Shown: one piece after another, positions 21,874-29,400 of the stretch
Numbering within the stretch: position 1 is the stretch's first letter
How the letters are laid out: each line of letters starts with the position of its first letter
Source of the DNA: Oscillospiraceae bacterium
GTDB lineage: Bacteria; Bacillota; Clostridia; Oscillospirales; Acutalibacteraceae
Assembly (NCBI GenBank): GCA_902787275.1
Contig: CADAGA010000001.1
Coordinates: 1-46,888, forward strand
Reading direction: 5' to 3'
Length of the DNA stretch: 46,888 nucleotides
The notes under the pieces: model-generated
Seen by the model: the letters and a program-made list of their open reading frames with translations, nothing else
What the model was told of the DNA's origin: nothing
Database searches by the model: none
Translations under genes and position numbers: made by a program

Positions 21874-22641
21874 CATCACGTCTAAAAGCATCATCACGGC
21901 AAAGCCGAGTACAATGCCCGTTGTGGCGGCGTACGGCTTTGCCGTTTCGTTTTCCCTGCACGCGGGGATCAGCTCGTGCACCGCGACGAGGATCATCGCG
22001 CCGGCGGCAAATGACAGCGCGTAGGGGAGCAGCGGCTCGACCCGTACGACTGCCAGCGCGCCGACGACGCCCGCAAGCGGTTCGACCATGCCGGACGCCT
22101 GCCCGACGAGAAAGCTCTTTTGGCGCGAGCAGCCTTCGCGGCGCAGCGGGACGGAGACGGCTGCGCCTTCGGGAAAGTTCTGCAGCCCGATCCCGACCGC
22201 AACGGCGACGGCGCCCGTCAGCGCTTCACGCGTAAAGCCGTTTTGCAGCGCGCCGAACGCGACGCCGACGGCAAGACCCTCCGGAATGTTGTGCAGCGTG
22301 ATGGACAGAACGAGCAGCAGGATGCGGCCTTTGCGCGGATCGCGCTCGCCGCGTGCGGCGCAGACGACCGCGTCCGACAGCCGCATGAACGCCGCTCCGC
22401 AGAGGAAACCGGCCGTCGCCACAACGTAAGGCGGCAGCGCGCAAACGCCCGCGGCGCGCTCGATCGCGGGCTGCAGCAGCGACCAGAAGCTCGCGGCGAT
22501 CATCACGCCCGCCGCAAAACCGAGCATCCGGTTCAGCGCGGTCGGGTCGGGACGTTTAAAAAAGGCGACTGTCGCGGCGCCGAGCGCGGTGACGAACCAC
22601 GTGCCCAGCGTCGCAAGCAGCGCCCAAAGAAGGATATGCAT
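21865..22641 (-). CDS. zupT: ZIP-family divalent metal (zinc) transporter, ZupT-like
   Basis: 258 aa and polytopic, with the HNIPEGLAVG motif. The 3' end overlaps the ribF 3' end by 9 nt (convergent). Confidence 0.8.
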   Translation of the reverse strand: MHILLWALLATLGTWFVTALGAATVAFFKRPDPTALNRMLGFAAGVMIAASFWSLLQPAIERAAGVCALPPYVVATAGFLCGAAFMRLSDAVVCAARGERDPRKGRILLLVLSITLHNIPEGLAVGVAFGALQNGFTREALTGAVAVAVGIGLQNFPEGAAVSVPLRREGCSRQKSFLVGQASGMVEPLAGVVGALAVVRVEPLLPYALSFAAGAMILVAVHELIPACRENETAKPYAATTGIVLGFAVMMLLDVMLG

Positions 22642-22648
22642 AAAAAAT

Positions 22649-22685
22649 CACCCGTTTCCAGTATAGTCATACCGGACAACGGGTG
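22649..22685 (-). promoter_or_regulatory. 8-bp hairpin immediately upstream of the zupT ATG; it overlaps a candidate promoter and the only SD-like sequence
   Basis: CACCCGTT (22649-22656) and AACGGGTG (22678-22685) are reverse complements with a 21-nt loop. On the minus strand the 3' arm (GGGTGA) is followed by TTTTTT and then the ATG. A candidate promoter is TTCACA, 18 nt, TATACT, with the -10 inside the loop. Confidence 0.3.
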
Positions 22686-22788
22686 TGAATTTAGATGTTG
22701 GATTTAAGATTGAAGTAGTTAGATATGGGCGTGTTATACGTTTCCAATTCTATTAGACATTTTCGCAGGGTTACACGATTCATTGTTT

Positions 22789-23550
22789 TTAATCCGAATT
22801 TGCAGGTGTTTTATCCAGAGTAAAGGGTATTCTCTTTCCGGTTACTTTATGAGTTCCCCATTTCGTATGAATAAAAGCAACGAGCAAATCGTTGTAGAGC
22901 TTTTCGCGTTCAGGGTGGATTGCAAAGACAAAAGAACGCTGTGTTCCGCGATGAAAAGTCAACACAAATGTTTTCGCATTATGCCCGACATTATAGTTAA
23001 ACGCTTCAAGCTGCGCATTCCAGTCGTCATCTTTTCTTCGGCCTTTATGACAATAGCAAACAACATCCTGACCTCTGTCATAATACTCTTTAAGTTCGGC
23101 AATAGAAGCGTATTTTATACCGTTTGGACGATAGAGGTTTTTACATGAAACTAAAAACCCGTTATCCGGATCGGCAAAAACCAAGTCGGCGTCTGAAAGC
23201 GCATCCATTGATCTTCTGTACCAACGAGTCCTGTATTCTTCCGGCACTTTTAAAGGCTCATTGAAGAAAACCGCGTTCGGAATGATTTCATTCGTTTCAA
23301 CGTCGATTATATTTCTTTCGTCCTTCTTCTTTTCTGCTATCGGTTTTAGCTTTTCAAAAAGATCCGCGTCATAGCATTTTTCGCCATTCTCTTTGCCGTC
23401 ATTCAAATACTTTCTGATTTCCCCGTCAGTTCTACGGTCGTTTTCGGTTAAGTACCAATTCACGCCGATCATAATATCGTGATTCGCCAGAAAACGAAGA
23501 AGTCCGAATTTGCCGTAATCTCCGATATCTCCAACGTATTGATTCTTCAT
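22789..23550 (-). CDS. Hypothetical protein (253 aa) on a low-GC island; family not recognised
   Basis: Intact ORF with GAGGTG RBS. The N-terminus is MKNQYVGDIGDYGKFGLLRFL. A central LVFADPDNGF motif is followed about 22 residues later by IAELK. Codon usage is strongly AT-biased, unlike all neighbouring genes. Confidence 0.7.
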   Translation of the reverse strand: MKNQYVGDIGDYGKFGLLRFLANHDIMIGVNWYLTENDRRTDGEIRKYLNDGKENGEKCYDADLFEKLKPIAEKKKDERNIIDVETNEIIPNAVFFNEPLKVPEEYRTRWYRRSMDALSDADLVFADPDNGFLVSCKNLYRPNGIKYASIAELKEYYDRGQDVVCYCHKGRRKDDDWNAQLEAFNYNVGHNAKTFVLTFHRGTQRSFVFAIHPEREKLYNDLLVAFIHTKWGTHKVTGKRIPFTLDKTPANSD

Positions 23551-23572
23551 AATATTGCACCTCGCAAAAGAA

Positions 23573-25087
23573 TTATTCTTCTGCTTTTTTCCGCGCCTTT
23601 TGCACGGCGCGCATCATGCCCTGAAAGACCGCGGCAATCGTCTGCGCCGTGCGCGGACCGAGGGAATTTGTCTCCTCGTAGTGGCGGCGGCCGTGCCGGT
23701 CGCGCGTCGGCTCAAAGTACGGCGTGTCGGGATGCAGCAGGAAGTCGTTGGGCGGCAGGATATAGCCGATCTCGTCGTTCGCAAGACCCACGATCCGCAG
23801 CGCGGGATCGCCCGCGATCTCTGTGAGCGGTACGGGATTGACTTCGCCGCCGTCTGCGGAGGACGATTCGTCTGCGGACAGATACCCGCCGTATGCCAGC
23901 TCCGGGAACAGCTCGCCCGGCAGCAGCAGAAGGTGCAGACTGCCGATCTCGAGATACGTCATCTCCGAGCGCAGCGCAAGCCCCAGCGACGTACCCTTGC
24001 GGCTGCAGGTCTCGGCGCGCACGATGCGGGCGAACTTCGCCGCCAGCAGCATCGTGTTGTCGGCTTCGAGATAGAACGTCTGCCGCAGCTGGTTGACGCA
24101 CGGCGCGAGTTTCTTTTCTTTTTTGACGGACAGCGCGACCTGTGCCACGCTTTCGCCGATCCTGCGCGTGGACGCCGCAAAGTCGCCGCCCGCGTCGCGG
24201 ATCGCCTGCTCGTCCTCGACGCGCATCGAGATCATGCCGCCGATCGCGCCGGTGCAGTAGAACGTTTCGGCGCCGGTCTCATCATGGATCATCCGGCGCA
24301 TGTATCCGGGAAAGTCCGCGCTCACACGGGAATTGCAGCCCTGCAGCGATTCGGCGTGGGCGGAAAAATGCACGAACCACGTCTCACGCGTGCCGTCCTT
24401 GGGGACGAAGCGCAGGCGCGTGAGCGTTCTGGAGTAGACGACCGGCGTGCGCACGTCCTCCTGCAGGTCGGGTGCTTCGGCTTCGCCGAAAAAGAGGCTG
24501 CCGTCGCGCTGATCCTTGTAGGCGTCGATCGCCGCCTGCTTGACCTGCTCGCGGAAGAAGCGCATATAGTCCTTGTCTCTGCCGGTGCGCGGCAGGGGAC
24601 CCCAGTTGCCCATCGTGTCGATCGCGGCGTGGTCGTGCGTCGACATCACGTGGATGCCGCGGCAACCGGTCATGCGCACGAAGTCCGCGAGAGACGCGCG
24701 GATCGCCTGCACGTCGGCGTTCAGCAGCCCGACGGCGTCCGCCGAAATGAGAAGCAGAGCGCCGCGCCCGGTGCAGTCGTCGAGCCAGAGCGCGTGCACG
24801 TGCGGCTCGTCGAGCACGCCCGTCGCCGGATTGTTCTCGCTGTAGCCCGCCACGTAATACGTTTTGCGGAAGAAGTCCTTCGGCAGCAGCGTCGCCTTGC
24901 CGAAGCCGACGCGCCAGTGCCTGCCGCCCTTCAAGCGCCAGTCCCGCGGGTATTCCTGCGGGATGGTCGGGGAGGGACGCGTCCGCAGACGCAGACTGCC
25001 TGCCGCGCCGAATGCCGCGCGCAGCCCGCCGGTGAGCGCAGCCTCGCTTTTCGCGGCGATCTCTTTCTTGAACGTGTCAAAATCCAT
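23573..25087 (-). CDS. Neutral/alkaline ceramidase N-terminal-domain-like protein (no obvious signal peptide)
   Basis: 504 aa. LLLISADAVGL..., IHVMSTHDHAAIDTMG (compare the THTHSGP zinc-site region of neutral ceramidases) and HFSAHAESL fit the Ceramidase_alk-like family, as I recall it. Confidence 0.6.
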   Translation of the reverse strand: MDFDTFKKEIAAKSEAALTGGLRAAFGAAGSLRLRTRPSPTIPQEYPRDWRLKGGRHWRVGFGKATLLPKDFFRKTYYVAGYSENNPATGVLDEPHVHALWLDDCTGRGALLLISADAVGLLNADVQAIRASLADFVRMTGCRGIHVMSTHDHAAIDTMGNWGPLPRTGRDKDYMRFFREQVKQAAIDAYKDQRDGSLFFGEAEAPDLQEDVRTPVVYSRTLTRLRFVPKDGTRETWFVHFSAHAESLQGCNSRVSADFPGYMRRMIHDETGAETFYCTGAIGGMISMRVEDEQAIRDAGGDFAASTRRIGESVAQVALSVKKEKKLAPCVNQLRQTFYLEADNTMLLAAKFARIVRAETCSRKGTSLGLALRSEMTYLEIGSLHLLLLPGELFPELAYGGYLSADESSSADGGEVNPVPLTEIAGDPALRIVGLANDEIGYILPPNDFLLHPDTPYFEPTRDRHGRRHYEETNSLGPRTAQTIAAVFQGMMRAVQKARKKAEE

Positions 25088-25093
25088 GGCGCA

Positions 25094-26308
25094 TTACTTC
25101 TTCGGAATGAGATTTGCGAACAGATCCGCCGTCAGATCCCAGATCGCTTTCGGAATGCTGCGCCCGCCCCAATTGGATTCTGAGACGATATGCAGGATGT
25201 TCTGATAAAACGTCGGGATCTTGCCAGGGTCGGAGACTGGGAACTTGTCGAGTCCCATCTTCTGGCCGATGCGCCGCGCGACCTCGCGGTTCTGGATCGG
25301 TTTGCCGTTTTCGATCAGGTCGTTGCTTCCGAAGACGATCAGCGGCACGTCCGCGCCGGTGTGGCCGGTCTTGGTGTAGGTATACTTGCCGTCGATGAGC
25401 GTGATGCCGCCGGTCTCGTGGTCGGCGGTGATGACGACGAGCGTATTGCCGTCCTTCCGAGCGAAGTTCACCGCGGTCTCGATCGAGTGGTCAAATTCCT
25501 CGAGTGCTTCGGCGGCCTCGGCGGCCTTGTTGTTGTGGCTGAATTTGTCGATGTGCGCGCCTTCGACCATCAGGAAGAAGCCGTTTTCATTGTCCAGAAG
25601 GCTGATCGCCTTTTCCGTCATTTCGGAAAGCGTCGGAGAGGTCGAGCCTTCGGGCGCGTCGACGTGCCACATCGTGTCGTAATCGAACTGGCCGAAGCTC
25701 TTGCTGCCTGTCTGCAGCGCATCCATCTCTCGCTTGGTCGTCAGCACGGTAAAGCCGTTTTCCGCCGCAAGGGCCGGATCGAACGTTTTGACCGCGCCGC
25801 CCCAGAGCAGATCGAAGTCGGACTTCGCCTGCTGGGTGCTGATGTCGGTGGAATTGCCGCGGTCGGACGTGTGCGCCGTGAAGGACGCGGGCGTCGCGCC
25901 GTCGGTCGTGTCCGTTGTGATGACGCCGGAGCGCCTGCCGCTGCGTTTCGCCGCTTCCGCGAGCGTGCGCGGCACGGAGAACCAGTCAAGCGGGTCATAC
26001 CAGTACGAGGCGACGTAGCGGTTGGTCGTACGCACGCCGGAAGACAGTGCCGTGCCGCCGGCCGCGCTGTCCGTGACGGCGCTGCTGAACGAACGCGTCT
26101 CGGAATAGCCGCGCAGATCGCACTCTTCTTCCATGAACAGCGTGATGCCGCGTTCCTGTTTTGCCAGCGCCAGATGGTTCTGCCCCATGCCGTCGCCGAT
26201 CATGAGAATGACGTTGTCGTAAACCTTCGTGTCTTTCGCGCTGACACACGGCACGAGTCCTGCGCACAGGATCAGGACCGCAAGCAGCACAGAGAGTGTT
26301 TTCTTCAT
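25094..26308 (-). CDS. phoA: Alkaline phosphatase (PhoA family), secreted
   Basis: ORF 25094..26362 trimmed to the ATG at 26308 (GGAGGTG RBS). It has a signal peptide MKKTLSVLLAVLILCAGLVPCVSA, the IGDGMG motif, and the active-site signature VTDSAAGGTALSSG. Confidence 0.88.
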   Translation of the reverse strand: MKKTLSVLLAVLILCAGLVPCVSAKDTKVYDNVILMIGDGMGQNHLALAKQERGITLFMEEECDLRGYSETRSFSSAVTDSAAGGTALSSGVRTTNRYVASYWYDPLDWFSVPRTLAEAAKRSGRRSGVITTDTTDGATPASFTAHTSDRGNSTDISTQQAKSDFDLLWGGAVKTFDPALAAENGFTVLTTKREMDALQTGSKSFGQFDYDTMWHVDAPEGSTSPTLSEMTEKAISLLDNENGFFLMVEGAHIDKFSHNNKAAEAAEALEEFDHSIETAVNFARKDGNTLVVITADHETGGITLIDGKYTYTKTGHTGADVPLIVFGSNDLIENGKPIQNREVARRIGQKMGLDKFPVSDPGKIPTFYQNILHIVSESNWGGRSIPKAIWDLTADLFANLIPKK

Positions 26309-26333
26309 AATTTGCACCTCCAAGTTTTTCAAT

Positions 26334-26362
26334 ATTATAGCTTTTTTGTGCGGAACTGTCAA
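26334..26362 (-). promoter_or_regulatory. Consensus sigma70-type promoter for the phoA operon
   Basis: On the minus strand: -35 TTGACA (26362-26357), 17-nt spacer, -10 TATAAT (26339-26334). Confidence 0.55.
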
Positions 26363-26381
26363 CGGAATCTTAAAAAAGCTA

Positions 26382-26410
26382 TTGAATTTTAGTAAAAGTT
26401 ATAGTAAAAT
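26382..26410 (+). promoter_or_regulatory. Candidate sigma70-type promoter for the giant surface-protein gene
   Basis: -35 TTGAAT (26382-26387), 17-nt spacer, -10 TAAAAT (26405-26410). Confidence 0.45.
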
Positions 26411-26445
26411 AGTATTTGTAATAGTGTAAAAAGGGGCGTTGTCTC

Positions 26446-29400
26446 ATGAAACGATACAGACGGACGATCTTTGCCGTATTGCTGACGCTGGCGGTGGTTC
26501 TGGCGATGGTGCCTGCCGCATGCCTGTCGGCTGCCGCCGCATGGGGCGGCGGCGCGGCGCAGCCTTCCATGAGCCCCGACGGATACTATCTGATCGACTC
26601 GGGAGAAAAGCTCGCATGGTTCTCGAACCGGGTCAATGCCGGCAACCCCACCATCAAGGCGAAGCAGACGGCGGACGTCGACATGGGCAGCCGTCCGTTC
26701 ACGCCGATCGGCACCGCGAGCGTGAAGTTCCGGGGCATCTACAACGGCGGCGGCTACACGATCGCCAATCTCAAGGTGACGGGCGACGCGGAGGGACGCG
26801 GTCTGTTCGGCTACATCGGAACGACTGCGACGACGCAGACGCTCCATGACGTCGACGCCGACGGCAACATCCTCCCGACGACCTATACCGAGACGACCTA
26901 CACGCCCGCCGAGATCAACAACGTCGTGCTGACGGGCGCATCCGTTTCCGGCAGTACGAACGTGGGCGGCATCGTCGGCGTGTCCGAGGGCGGCACGATC
27001 TTCGGCTGCTCGGTCGCGGGCACGGTGACTTCGACCGCATCCAACGCGGGCGGTATCGTCGGCTACAGCTATTCCGGCGCGACGGTCGTCAACTGTCAGA
27101 ACGACGCGACGGTCAGCGGCACGCTGCGAATCGGCGGCATTGCTGGCTTCTGCTACGGTGCGACGACCACGTACGGCTGCTGCAATGCGGGCGCCGTCAC
27201 CGGTACCAAGCGGATCGGCGGCATCGCCGGCCACAACACGTCCGGCAGCGTCCATCACTGCTACAACAAGGGCGTCGTGACCGCCACGGAAAACTCCTGC
27301 GGCGGCATCATCGGCTACGATATGAACGGCGAGCTGTACTGCATGTACACGATCGGTTCCATCAGCTGTCCCGGCGAGTTCAAGGGCGCGATCCTCGGCA
27401 ACAAGACGTACGGCACGCGTATTGCCCGGTGCTATTTTGACCGCAGCGACACGAGCGCGACCGACGACTACGCGACGGCTGCCGAGCACGAGCTGATGCT
27501 CGACGCGAGCTTTCTTGAAACGCTCAATTTCAGCATGGAGATCTACGTCGGCGACTACTTCGGCACCAACAACGGCTATCCGATCCTGCGCTGGCAGCTG
27601 ATCGGCTGGGACGGTTCCATCGGCGAGCCGGAGACGAACAGCAGCGGCGTTTATCTCATTACGAACGGCAGTGAGCTGGCGTGGTTTGCGCAGCTCGTCA
27701 ACGGCACGCTGCCCGGCGTGGCGCAGAACAGGGCTGCGAACGCGCAGGTCATGCGCGATATTCTGCTCAATCCCGGCATCTTCGACGAGTCCTCCAAGGT
27801 GTGGACGCCCATCGGCACGGAGGCTTCTCCCTTCATCGGCACCTTTGACGGCGGCGAGCACCGTATCAGCGGCGTGTATCTGCCGGACAACACGATCAAC
27901 GATACCGGTCTGTTCGGCTACGTCGGCGACGGCGGCTTGGTCAAGAATATCTTCCTCGACAATTCGCTGATCAAAGGCTACAATTATTGCGGCGCAATCG
28001 CCGGCAGAAACTACGGAACGATCCGCAGCTGCTTCAACTACTCCACGGTGCAGTCGATGTACAACACCGGCGGCATCGCGGGCATCTGCGGCGGCACGAT
28101 CGACACGTGCGGCAACACCGGCGACGTGCTGGGCTACTATTACTCCGGCGGCATCACCGGATGGCTCTCCGGCGGCGCGGTCACGAGCTGCTTCAACAAG
28201 GGCAAGATCACCGGCGTGTCGCGTACGGGCGGCATCCTCGGCCAGAACGGCGGCGTGATTCGTTACTGCTACAACAACGGCCGCGTCGAGGGCGGCGTTT
28301 CGGTCGGCGGCCTGGTCGGCATGCAGAACAGCGGATCGGCCACAGACGCCTTTACCGCCTGCTACAACATCGGCTTCGTCAAGGGCGCGCAGCAGGTCGG
28401 CGCGGTCGTCGGCTACATGCAGAACGGCGCTTTGACGTACTGTTACTTCGACACCGAACGCTCCGGCGCGAACGACAACGCACCCGGCGTAGAGGGCAAA
28501 ACGACGGCACAGATGGCGGAACCGACGTCCGTGAGCGCGTTTGCCGGCTTTTCGACCAGTTACTGGGTGGATCGCGGCGCGGATCAGTATTTCGACTACT
28601 GCCCGGAGCTGAAGGTGTTCTATAACTCCACGAACAATCTGCTCAAGACGACGTCCAAGGAAAGCGCGGCCGTCGTCAAGGGCGTTTACACCGTCATGGC
28701 GCAGGTCGACGGTGAAATGAATACATATTACGCGACCGTCAAGCTGGGCGTCGCGCACATCGGCACGCGCAAGGAGGGCGGCACGCTCGTCCTGATCCGC
28801 GACTCGTCGATCACGGAGAATACCGTTGTCAACGGCACCGTGACGATCACCGACAACGCGCAGACGCGCACGCTCACGCGTGCAAGCGGATTTACGGACA
28901 GCTTCTTCACCGTCAACGGCGCACTCACGCTCGAAGGAACCGGCACGGACACGATGCGGCTGAACGGCGGCGGGACGGCAATGACCGGCACTGCACCCGT
29001 TCGGGTCGGCGGGACCGGACGCGTCACGCTGCGGGACGGCGCGCGCATCACCGGCAACAAATCGTCGTCGAGCGGCGGCGCCGTCTACGTGGACGGCGGC
29101 ACGCTGACGATGCAGGGCGGCAAGATCGACGGCAATATTTCGCCGAACGGCGGCGGCATCGCGGCCGCGGACGGCGTTCTCCTGCTGGAGGGCGGCACGA
29201 TCAACGGCAACACCGCGACGAACGGCGGCGGCGGACTGTTCCTGCAGGGCGCAGACGCCGAGGCGACGTTCAGCGGCACGACCGTCTCCGGCAACAGTGC
29301 AAAGAATGGCGGCGGACTGTACGTCCAGAGCGGCAGCACGGCCGAGTGGACGGACGGCACGCTGTCCGGCAACTCCGCGACCCAGCAGGGCGGCGGCGTT

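Noticed and set aside
22642-22788. Search for a Zur box (Firmicute-type TCGTAAT-N-ATTACGA palindrome) upstream of zupT.
   Set aside because: I found no such palindrome in the 147-nt intergenic region. Only the 8-bp hairpin reported separately is present.
22783-23148. A 121-aa plus-strand ORF antisense to the low-GC island gene.
   Set aside because: It has no RBS. Its composition is hydrophobic and Cys/Phe/Ile-rich, as expected from the reverse of an AT-rich gene. The minus-strand ORF is twice as long, has an RBS and has protein-like composition. An open antisense frame is slightly less expected in AT-rich DNA, so I reject it with moderate rather than high certainty.
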